A stretch of DNA of 12,385 bases from an uncultured Candidatus Rokubacteria bacterium (GCA_963805625.1 CAWDVE010000028.1:1-12385), one strand, 5' to 3'. Shown: positions 1 through 7,341, numbered from the stretch's first letter. Numbers and translations: made by a program. Notes: generated by a model from the letters alone, not told the origin.

Positions 1-123
1 AGTCTCGACAGCTTCACCCGGCGCGAGGGGATTTACGTGGCGTACTTCGCGCTGTCGCTGGTGTCGGTGACGGGCTTCGTGCTGGCGACCGTGTGGCTCC
101 TGGTCCGTGCCGGCACGTCATGA
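1..123 (+). CDS. 3' end of a membrane protein gene (partial, runs off left edge)
   Basis: Frame 1 reads SLDSFTRREGIYVAYFALSLVSVTGFVLATVWLLVRAGTS then TGA at 121-123. It has a C-terminal hydrophobic helix and GC-rich third codon positions. Confidence 0.6.
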   Translation, partial: SLDSFTRREGIYVAYFALSLVSVTGFVLATVWLLVRAGTS

Positions 124-134
124 CCGTGAGACGC

Positions 135-140
135 TATGAT
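135..140 (+). promoter_or_regulatory. Putative sigma70-type -10 element (TATGAT) for the 314-1436 operon
   Basis: 5/6 match to TATAAT in a GC-rich intergenic region just after the upstream stop. No convincing -35. Confidence 0.35.
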
Positions 141-313
141 GGGTGCTGACGTCAGGTCAGGGCGCGGAGCGGCTCAGAGTGGTTGGCGATCTCGCCCGCC
201 TCGTTCGGCCGAAGAGGGTCAGGACTCTCTCCACGCCGGCGCCGCAGCGTGAGCATCTCGCTCCGGCGCTCATGAGGTCGGGAGGATCGTCGAACGTCGA
301 CGGGAGGTCGAGC

Positions 314-628
314 ATGCGACTACTGACCCGCGTAGTGGTCCTCACGGTGGCAGCTCAGCTGTCGTGGATGTCGCCAGGGTTTGCGCAGCAGGGGACTCTC
401 AACGGAACCGTCGTCGGAGGCGACGGCCGCCCCCGGCCGTTCGCACTCGTCCAGCTGGACGGAGCGGCGCACTATGCCGCGATGACCGACGCGGAAGGCC
501 GCTTCACGATCACGAAGATGGTGCCCGGGAGCTACGTGGTTCGCATCCGCCAGGGGGACAACATCGAGAGCCAGCAGCAGACCGTATCGAGCGGCACCAG
601 CTCCCTGACGCTCAAGGTGAAGTGGTAG
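314..628 (+). CDS. Secreted carboxypeptidase-regulatory-like (CarboxypepD_reg, PF13620-type) single-domain protein, 104 aa
   Basis: GGAGG at 303-307 before ATG 314, a better start than the ORF-track 143. Signal peptide ends ...GFA|QQ. The domain pattern G-T-L-N-G-T-V-x3-D-G-x-P...A-x-V-x-L...TDAEGRF-x-I...PG-x-Y-x-V is typical of this beta-sandwich family. Confidence 0.8.
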   Translation: MRLLTRVVVLTVAAQLSWMSPGFAQQGTLNGTVVGGDGRPRPFALVQLDGAAHYAAMTDAEGRFTITKMVPGSYVVRIRQGDNIESQQQTVSSGTSSLTLKVKW

Positions 629-647
629 CTCAGGCAAGGAGGCGCCC

Positions 648-1436
648 ATGGCGCTTAGCGACACCTCGATCAAGCTGCTGGACATCGCCGTCAAGGGTGG
701 GCTCGGGATCGTGCTGACGCTGCTGGCCACCCTCTACGGATACAAGCTCCACGATCAGCGAGAGAAGGAAGCGGATGCGTCGAAGCGAATCCAGGCGATC
801 GTCGACCTGACGAGCAAGCAGAAGGACCTGGACGTCCAGCTGGCGGTCCAGATGTTCAGCACGCTGACCAGCAACTACTTTCAGAAGGACGCATCCCCGG
901 CGGACAGCCAGCAGCTGCGCCGGCAGATCCTCTTGCTGCGCCTGGTGGCCCTGAACTTCCAGGATGTTCCCATCCAGCTGCGCCCGCTGTTCGAGGATCT
1001 GGATGGCCAGCTGACACGGCCGGAGGACAGGAGGCAGCTCCGCGAGGTCGCACAGGAGGTGGCGACCCGCCAGGCGTTCCGGCTGACCGTGGGGGGCGGG
1101 TACAACTCCGGGCCGCGAACTGTCAAGAGCGGTGACGTCCTGGAGATTCCGGAGCTCCTCGCGACGGTCACCATCGAGTCCGTCGGCAAGGATGCGATCC
1201 GGGCGTACATCGATTCCAAGTTTGCGGCGGCCGGCCGGGTCGGCCCATTCAACGTGGGATACTTCGTCTGGCCGATCACGGACAACACGAAGCTGGGCGA
1301 GCTGCGCGTCTGCGTGCTGCTGCTGAACACCGACGGAGAGCAGGCGAGCATCAGAGTCATCGGGTTTGGCAGCGAGCTGGCCACCGACCGGTTCGACATC
1401 AAGGAACTGTCGAGAGTACTGCGGGACAAGCAGTAG
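648..1436 (+). CDS. Uncharacterised protein with N-terminal membrane anchor, helical middle and beta-rich C-terminus, 262 aa
   Basis: Strong SD AAGGAGG at 636-642, 19 bp after the upstream stop. Hydrophobic segment GGLGIVLTLLATLYGY is followed by a charged coiled-coil-like stretch. Codon usage is coding-like. No recognised catalytic motif. Confidence 0.8.
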   Translation: MALSDTSIKLLDIAVKGGLGIVLTLLATLYGYKLHDQREKEADASKRIQAIVDLTSKQKDLDVQLAVQMFSTLTSNYFQKDASPADSQQLRRQILLLRLVALNFQDVPIQLRPLFEDLDGQLTRPEDRRQLREVAQEVATRQAFRLTVGGGYNSGPRTVKSGDVLEIPELLATVTIESVGKDAIRAYIDSKFAAAGRVGPFNVGYFVWPITDNTKLGELRVCVLLLNTDGEQASIRVIGFGSELATDRFDIKELSRVLRDKQ

Positions 1437-1515
1437 TCCGGTTCCGTCGTATCCGCACTCCGGCGGCTACGCCACAGACGGAATGGGAGCTGACCCCCGG
1501 GACCCGGCTCCAGGG

Positions 1516-2562
1516 ATGGGAGCTGCGATGTGCGCGACTGCCGGCATGCCATTCGCCTGGCGGCCGATCACCGCCAGGGACGCCGGGATCGCGCCGGATC
1601 TCGGCGATCGGATCGATGTCGCACACCAGGAGGGCGAGCTACCCGGACCTGCACGGGCTGGTGATCGGGTCGCGCGGCTCGCGCTCGAGCGCTACTAGCC
1701 GGGCCCGGAGGAGAGCTGGGACCGCCCGCTTGGACGGGTGGCGTTCGGGCCGGAGACGTTGCACGATCTGCTCTCCGTTACCAAGAGCGTCGGGGCCTTG
1801 CCGTCCGCGAGCGCAATGCCGTAGAGCAGGCCGACGGCACCGGGCGCTGTCTTGGTCGATCAGTTCCCGGAGTATCCCGATCTCGCCGCCGATCCCGTCC
1901 GCCGCCGGCTCACCGTGGCGCACGCGCTGAGCATGACGCTCGGGAACAGCGCGAGCGCCATGGCGCTCGCGCCGGACCGCTATCGCTTCGTGCTGTACCG
2001 GCCGATCGCCGACACGCCGGGGCTCCGCTGGAGCTACAACGGCGGGGCGACGGCGCTCCTCGGCCGGCTCATCGCACGCGGCGTCGCCGCGGCGCTGCCG
2101 GACTACGCGGACGCAGCCCTGTTCGCACAGCTCGGCATCACGACGTTCGACTGGATGAGGAGCCGGGATGGGACGCCGTCGGCGTCATGGGGACTGCGGC
2201 TCGCGCCCCGCGACCTCGCGCGTATCGGCCAGCTCATCGTGCAGCGCGGCCGGTGGGCCGGCCGACAGGTGGTGCCGGCATCCTGGATCGAGGCGTCGTT
2301 CCGGCCGGCGGTGGCGGTCGACGGGGACACTCGCTACGCCCTCCACTGGTATCTCGGTGACACGGCGGTCACGGCCAGGTAAGGGCGGCGCCTGAAGCTG
2401 TGCATCGGCGCGTTGGGCAGTGGCGGCCAGCGGCTCTACGTCGTGCCGGGCCTCGAGCTCGTCGTGGCGATCACCGCGGGCAACTACGACCGGCTGGATC
2501 TTCGGCCGATGCCGCTCAAGCCGTGGCACGACATCGTGCTGCCGAGCCTGACAGTCGACTAG
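1516..2562 (+). pseudogene. Serine hydrolase (beta-lactamase class C / NylB-like, PF00144-type) pseudogene
   Basis: Reading frame 1 through stops gives ...LALERY*PGPEESWDRPLGRVAFGPETLHDLLSVTKSV (SxxK at 1774-1785)...LTVAHALSMTLG...PGLRWSYNGG...LRLAPRDLARIGQL...*...GSGGQRLYVVPGLELVVAITAGNYD...TVD*. Internal stops: TAG 1696-1698, TAG 1822-1824, TAA 2380-2382. A short compensated frameshift lies at about 1643-1672 (DLHGLVI is in frame 2). Start uncertain. Confidence 0.85.
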
Positions 2563-2638
2563 AGCGCCGGGCGGCGGGGGGAACCGGCGATGGCCGAGAC
2601 ATCCGGGACCGCGGGGTGTTCCGGGGTTGAGAGCGGCC

Positions 2639-3013
2639 TCAAGGGTCGCGTCCCAGGGAGTAGTTGCCGACCTGGACCTGGTATCGCACCTCTTCCCCGG
2701 TCGGCTTGAGCGCCAGGGAGAAGGACTGGGGCCCGCCGAACGTCCCGTTGATCGTGTAGGTGTCGCGGCTCACGACCCGGCCGTTCGCGGCCACGCCGAA
2801 GAGGTTCAGTACCGCGAATCTGAAGACGTTCGTGGTCCGGCTCGTGATCAGGCCTACCGCCTCGACCCGATCCGGCCGCCGGTCGATCCGATAGTCCAGC
2901 ACGAAGATCTGGTCGTGCTCGTGGAGGGGGAAGTCCTCCGGCCGCGATTGGGGCGCTCCGGCCGCGCACGCGGTCAGGGCGATTACGCTGAGGGGAAGAA
3001 CGAAGCGGCTCAT
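2639..3013 (-). CDS. Small lipoprotein of unknown function, 124 aa
   Basis: SD GAGGTG 3 nt before ATG 3013. MSRFVLPLSVIALTAC has a basic N-terminus, hydrophobic core and lipobox LTA|C. The mature region is beta-strand rich. Confidence 0.75.
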   Translation of the reverse strand: MSRFVLPLSVIALTACAAGAPQSRPEDFPLHEHDQIFVLDYRIDRRPDRVEAVGLITSRTTNVFRFAVLNLFGVAANGRVVSRDTYTINGTFGGPQSFSLALKPTGEEVRYQVQVGNYSLGRDP

Positions 3014-3051
3014 CGACACCTCTTTCGCGATCTTGAGGCCCGGACGCTCGG

Positions 3052-3463
3052 TCACTCAATCACCTCGTCGGCACGCAGCAGGATTGACTGCGAGATCGTG
3101 GTCCCGAGACAATCGGCAGGATCCGGCGACAGCGAGCGCGGACTTGAGCGCAATCTCGGGGTCGAGGGCGAGTATGACGTCCACCTTGCGGGCGGCGATT
3201 TCCCGGTACGCCTGCCCGTATTCCCCGGCACTCGGGACTTTTACGAATTCGAGGTCGAAATTCCTGCCCTGCTCGTACCCCAGTTGGGCCATTCGTTCCT
3301 CGAACCCGGGAAGAGTTCCGCTCCTTTCCTTCGGGAGGATATTGGCCGTTCCGACACGCAGCCTCTTCGGTTGCTGGGCGAGTGCCGTGACCGGTCGGAC
3401 GATCGCCGCGCCGCCGAGGGCGGCCAGCGCCCGGATGACGTCGCGTCGATCCATCGATGTCAT
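3052..3463 (-). pseudogene. ABC transporter substrate-binding protein (ABC_sub_bind, PF04392-type) remnant with large internal deletion
   Basis: The N-terminus MDRRDVIRALAALGGAAIVRPVTALAQQPKRLRVG...LGYEQGRNFDLEF...IAARKVDVILA is typical of the family. After frameshifts near 3120 and 3108 it reads LPI(V) and then directly the family C-terminus LGTTISQSILLRADEVIE* (TGA 3054-3052). Start is 3463 or 3454. Confidence 0.8.
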
Positions 3464-3766
3464 GAGAAAGGGTCCCCTCATGCTCTCGGCATTGCTCGGG
3501 CCGTGATGGCCGGGACAGCGAGTCCGGCACTTCCGCTCGAAGGCGGTGAAAACACTCCGGGTCGCCATGCGGTTCTCAGCATAGACGATCCGGTGGAAGT
3601 CCGCACTCACCGGGGGCAGGGCGTGCTCAGGAGTTCTGCATGCGAGGTCGCGGAGCTTGTGCACGGCGTGCCGCTGGGAGCCCGCATCGGAATCTGTGGC
3701 CCATGCGCAGCAGGGGATACCACTCGTGTCGGGAGGGCCCCACATGACGAAGGAGAGGAAGCGCAG

Positions 3767-4164
3767 ATGAGCCGCCACGTCGACACCGTCAAGGCGATCT
3801 ACGAGAGCTTCGGCAAGGGCGACATCGCCGCGATCCTGGCCCGGCTCGACCCGGACGTCGAGTGGGAGTACGACTGGGGGAGCCATCCGCTCGGTGGTGC
3901 ACGCCCCGCCGGGGCCGCGACCAGGTGCCGGGATTCTTCGAATCCCTCGCAGACTTCGAGTTCGTGGGCTTCGAGCCGATCGCGTTCCTGGAAGGCGACG
4001 GTATGGTCGCGGTGCCGATCCAGCTCGAGCTGGTCGTCAAGAAGAACGGCAAACGCATCCGCGATCTCGAGGCGCATCTCTGGACGTTCGGGGCGAACGG
4101 CCTCGTGACGCGGCTGCGTCACCTCCTCGACAGCCATCGGTGGGCGCTGGCCACACAGGCGTGA
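3767..4164 (+). pseudogene. SnoaL-like / NTF2 (ketosteroid isomerase-like) protein with one frameshift (pseudogene or sequencing error)
   Basis: SD AGGAGAGG at 3751-3758 before ATG 3767. Frame 2 reads MSRHVDTVKAIYESFGKGDIAAILARLDPDVEWEYDWGSHPL. It continues in frame 1 from about 3892 as RWCTPRRGRDQVPGFFESLADFEFVGFEPIAFLEGDGMVAV...EAHLWTFGANGLVTRLRHLLDS...*. One extra base near 3892 restores a protein of about 132 aa. Confidence 0.8.
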
Positions 4165-4205
4165 GTGGCGCGAGCTCGTCGGACGGCGCGCCCGCTACGG
4201 GACGA

Positions 4206-4219
4206 TCCGCCCGGGCGGA
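4206..4219. repeat. Perfect 14-bp palindrome TCCGCCCGGGCGGA between convergent genes
   Basis: Self-complementary sequence in the 4165-4266 gap between the SnoaL and ATP-grasp 3' ends. There is no U-tract, so a terminator role is unproven. Confidence 0.4.
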
Positions 4220-4266
4220 GAGAAGGCTCAGGCTACAGGACGCCCTGGAGAGGAGCGGACGCTCAG

Positions 4267-5787
4267 CTAGCGAGCGGCTCGCCGGGTCCGGGGCCGGTCC
4301 CGGGCGGGGAGTCCCACGTGGGTTGGTGGGCCTGCCTGGACGATCTGTCCGGGCGGGTGCCCCACCACGACGATGCACATGCCGCCGCGCTGCGCGACGT
4401 TGACGATCTGGGCCTGTGACGCGCGCCCGAGGGTGGCGAGCCCGTACGGGCTGGGGGCGAAGCCGAACACGACGTAGAAGGGCTGGTCGTGGAGCCGCCC
4501 GTCGCTGCCCATCACCGGGAACTGGTGCACCGGGAGCGCGACGAGGCGCTGGACGACCCAGCGCTCGCCGCCGGGGGTCAGGGCGGCGGAGACCAGCGCC
4601 TCCCACTGGGCGGCCGGGGTGGCGAGGCCGACGGCGATGCCGGTGCCGCCGTAGCCGCGGTTGGGCTTGAGCACCAGGCTCTCCCGGGCGCGGCGGACGT
4701 AGTCGGCGAGGTCGCCCCGGGAGCCGTCGGGGAGCGTGGTGGTCCCCGGGCGCAAGAGGCGCGTCCAGGGCAGGTGCCGGCGGAAGAAGGCGCGCTCCTC
4801 GCTGCTGAAGTGGCGCCGGGCGAGCACCGGGTCGCCGAGCACCTCCCAGCAGCTCTTCTGGTCCAGCTCGGCGGCGATCGAGGACACGACCCGGTTGGTG
4901 GCGAAGGCCTGCTGCATGGGCCGGATGTCCACGCCGTCGCCCTCGAGCTCGAGCAGATCCTCCACGGCGTAGTCGCGATAGACGAGGTCGACCACCCGGC
5001 CCCGGTAGGTCACCTCGTCGCCGTCGAGGGCGAGCTCCGCGGGATCGGCGTGGCAGACCTCGATCCCGAAATGCGCGTGGATGTAGCGGGCCAGCTCGCC
5101 CTGCTCGTCCGGGCCGTACCCGGCGTACTTCGGCTCGACGAAGCACACGGTCCGGCCGGCCCGCCCGGTGGCCTCGAGATGATCGAGGAGGTCCTGCATG
5201 AGAAGCGCGCGGATGTCCTGGGCGCTCTCGAGCTCGAGCTGCGGGTCGCGGGCTCGCAGGACAGGGAGAACCACCTCGGCCAGGATGTTCGAGGCGGTCG
5301 GGATCAGGTGGAGTCCCCCGATGCCGCCCATGTTCGGCTCCAGGAACTGGAGGCTCTCCTTCCAGTCCGGTGACCCGAAGTCGATGGCCGCGTCGTAGCG
5401 GCCGACCACCGTGTTCTGATCGCTCACCGCCGGCGTCCAGTAGCGCCGGAGCCAGGCCTCCTCGCGGGGCGGCAGGGCCAGGATCGCCCGCACGTCCGGA
5501 TCAGTGAGGTACAGCTCCGGGAGGCGCTTGAGCGCGCCGTGGAGCGCGAGCGTGACGGCCCGCACGTAGGCGAGCTGGTCGGGCAGGGCAGCGATCGGGG
5601 TGGCGAGGACGCGAATGGTCTCCTCGACCTCGTCGCGCAGGTAGACGAGGTGCTCGGCGCGCGCCCGGCGGTCGATCTCGCCGAGCAGGGCGCGCAGCTC
5701 GGCCTCGGGGATCCGGTGCATCGCCTGCTGGACCCGCGCGGCGAGGCGTGCCCCGGCCAGGCCCGTCTCCTTGACCGGCGTCAACAC
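4267..5787 (-). CDS. Circularly permuted ATP-grasp amide/peptide ligase (CP_ATPgrasp / glutathionylspermidine synthase-like), about 506 aa
   Basis: Motifs GRYDAAIDF (RxD), FLEPNMGGIGG (ExN metal ligands), VDLVYRD, LVLKPNRGYGGTGIAVG, WVVQRLV and VNVAQRGG appear in the permuted order. The start is placed at GTG 5787, 7 nt after an extended -10; ATG 5721 is the alternative. The upstream part of the 1025-aa track ORF is antisense to the M32 gene. Confidence 0.85.
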   Translation of the reverse strand: MLTPVKETGLAGARLAARVQQAMHRIPEAELRALLGEIDRRARAEHLVYLRDEVEETIRVLATPIAALPDQLAYVRAVTLALHGALKRLPELYLTDPDVRAILALPPREEAWLRRYWTPAVSDQNTVVGRYDAAIDFGSPDWKESLQFLEPNMGGIGGLHLIPTASNILAEVVLPVLRARDPQLELESAQDIRALLMQDLLDHLEATGRAGRTVCFVEPKYAGYGPDEQGELARYIHAHFGIEVCHADPAELALDGDEVTYRGRVVDLVYRDYAVEDLLELEGDGVDIRPMQQAFATNRVVSSIAAELDQKSCWEVLGDPVLARRHFSSEERAFFRRHLPWTRLLRPGTTTLPDGSRGDLADYVRRARESLVLKPNRGYGGTGIAVGLATPAAQWEALVSAALTPGGERWVVQRLVALPVHQFPVMGSDGRLHDQPFYVVFGFAPSPYGLATLGRASQAQIVNVAQRGGMCIVVVGHPPGQIVQAGPPTHVGLPARDRPRTRRAAR

Positions 5788-5794
5788 GGTACGC

Positions 5795-5803
5795 AGCCTA
5801 GCA
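5795..5803 (-). promoter_or_regulatory. Extended -10 promoter TGC-TAGGCT, probably driving a leaderless ATP-grasp transcript
   Basis: Minus strand reads TGcTAGGCT-gcgtacc-GTG, a TGn-TAnnnT pattern 7 nt before GTG 5787. No SD is present. Confidence 0.5.
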
Positions 5804-5816
5804 CCCCGCCTCGCTC

Positions 5817-5825
5817 TGGTACCAT
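5817..5825 (+). promoter_or_regulatory. Extended -10 promoter TGG-TACCAT for the M32 carboxypeptidase (near-leaderless)
   Basis: TGgTACCAT lies 10 nt before ATG 5836, with no SD-like sequence in between. Confidence 0.5.
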
Positions 5826-5835
5826 AGCTCGTCGG

Positions 5836-7341
5836 ATGAGCGCCGACGCGGCCTACCTCGAGCTGCTCCACCGCGCCCGCGAGCACACGCTCCTCGGGTC
5901 GTGCGCGACCCTCCTCGAGTGGGACGAGGACGTCCACATGCCCGAGGGCGGCGCCGAGCACCGCGCCGAGCAGCAGGCCCTGGTGGCGCGGCTCCTTCAC
6001 CTGCAGGCGACCGACCCGCGGCTGGGCGAGCTCCTCGCCGAGGCCGAGGCGCGGCTGGGACCCGGCCTGGCGCCGGGCGATCCCGCCGCCGTCAATCTCC
6101 GCGAGCTGCGCGAGGACTACGAGAAGGCCCGGCTCACGCCCGCCTCGCTGGTCGAGGAGCTCGCCCGCGTGACCACGCTGTCCTACGAGGCCTGGCGCTC
6201 CGCCCGCGAGCATCGCGACGCCCGCGCGTTCTTGCCCTGGCTCGCCCGCGTGGTGGCGCTCAAGCAGGCCGAGGCCGATTGCCTCGCGGGCGGCCGGGAC
6301 CGCTACGACGTGCTGCTCGACGAGTGGGAGCCGGGTCTCCGGTGGGCGACCCTCGCACCGATGCTCGCGCGCCTGCACGAGGCCGTCGGGCCCCTCCTCG
6401 ATCGCGCGATCGGCCGGAGCGGACCGCTGCCGGAGGTGCTGACGCGTCCGGTGGACGTCCGTCTCCAGGCCGAGGTGGCTCGCGAAGCCGCCGAGTGGCT
6501 CGGCTTCGACTTCGCGTCCGGCCGGCTCGACGAGGCGGTGCATCCGTCGACGATCCGCGTCGGCCCGGGTGACGTGCGCCTCACCACCCGCTTCCAGCCC
6601 GACGCCTTCACGGTCAGCCTGTTCGCCACCCTCCACGAGCTCGGCCACGGCCTCTACGAGCAGTACCTGCCCGGCGAGCACTTCGGGGCGCCGGTCGGCG
6701 AGGCGCCGTCGCTCGGCCTCCACGAATCGCAAGCGCGGCTCGTGGAGAACCATCTCGGCCGGGCACGGCCCTTCTGGCAGCACCTGTGGCCGCGCCTGGC
6801 CCCGCGCTTCGGCGCCGCCTTCGCGGGCGTCACCGCGGACGACATGTGGCGGGCCGTCAACCATCCTCGCCGGGACTCCGACCGCATCACCGCCGACGAG
6901 CTGAGCTACGACCTGCACATTCACGTCCGCGTCGACCTCGAGCGTGCGCTCGTGCGGGGAGACCTCGTGGCATCCGAGCTGCCGGCGGCGTGGGCCGAGG
7001 CCTACCGGCGCGTCCTCGGCGCCACCCCGCGCGACGATCTCGCCGGCTGCCTGCAGGACGGCCACTGGGCGGAGGGCATGTTCGGCTTCTTCCCGACCTA
7101 CACCATCGGCAACGCCATTGCCGCGCAGCTCATGCAGCAGCTCCGTGGCGAGATGCCCGCGCTCGACGACGCCCTCGCCGCGGGCGACGCGAAGCCGCTC
7201 CTCGCGTTCCTGCGCGAGCGAGTCCATCGCCTCGGCAGCCTCTTTTCTACCGCGGCGGTGGTCGAGCGGGCCACGGGCGCCCCCCTGTCGATCGAGCCGC
7301 TGATCGCGCACCTCACGGCCAAGACAGCGCTCTGGGAGTGA
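5836..7341 (+). CDS. Carboxypeptidase, peptidase family M32 (carboxypeptidase Taq-like), 501 aa
   Basis: LLEWDEDVHMPEGGAEHRAEQ N-terminal motif, GRLDEAVHPS, DVRLTTRF, HELGH (HExxH), HESQ, RITADE, GCLQDGHW and GFFPTYTIG form the characteristic M32 motif set. Length is typical for the family. Confidence 0.95.
   Translation: MSADAAYLELLHRAREHTLLGSCATLLEWDEDVHMPEGGAEHRAEQQALVARLLHLQATDPRLGELLAEAEARLGPGLAPGDPAAVNLRELREDYEKARLTPASLVEELARVTTLSYEAWRSAREHRDARAFLPWLARVVALKQAEADCLAGGRDRYDVLLDEWEPGLRWATLAPMLARLHEAVGPLLDRAIGRSGPLPEVLTRPVDVRLQAEVAREAAEWLGFDFASGRLDEAVHPSTIRVGPGDVRLTTRFQPDAFTVSLFATLHELGHGLYEQYLPGEHFGAPVGEAPSLGLHESQARLVENHLGRARPFWQHLWPRLAPRFGAAFAGVTADDMWRAVNHPRRDSDRITADELSYDLHIHVRVDLERALVRGDLVASELPAAWAEAYRRVLGATPRDDLAGCLQDGHWAEGMFGFFPTYTIGNAIAAQLMQQLRGEMPALDDALAAGDAKPLLAFLRERVHRLGSLFSTAAVVERATGAPLSIEPLIAHLTAKTALWE

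Noticed and set aside
208-228. GCCGAAG...TCAGG resembling a glycine riboswitch core
   Set aside because: The upstream GGAGA element and the P3 spacing are missing, and no glycine-related gene follows.
1483-1525. 10-bp direct repeat ATGGGAGCTG (1483-1492, 1516-1525)
   Set aside because: There are only two copies with a 23-bp spacer. It is too short for CRISPR and flanks no element that would make it a target-site duplication.
1696-2382. Stop-codon recoding (TAG readthrough or pyrrolysine) to explain the in-frame stops of the hydrolase
   Set aside because: One stop is TAA, frameshifts are also present, and TAG terminates intact genes here (628, 1436, 4267, 7452, 8567).
3488-3503. Minus-strand CGGCCCGAGCAATGCC, a GG-N10-GC sigma54-like box before the SBP remnant
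   Set aside because: It has several mismatches to TGGCAC-N5-TTGCW, GG-N10-GC is frequent by chance at this GC content, and the implied TSS would fall inside the SD.
2627-4108. 493-aa plus-strand ORF
   Set aside because: It is mostly antisense to the lipoprotein and the SBP remnant (HSITSSA is the reverse reading of ADEVIE*). Only 3767-3892 is real coding sequence.
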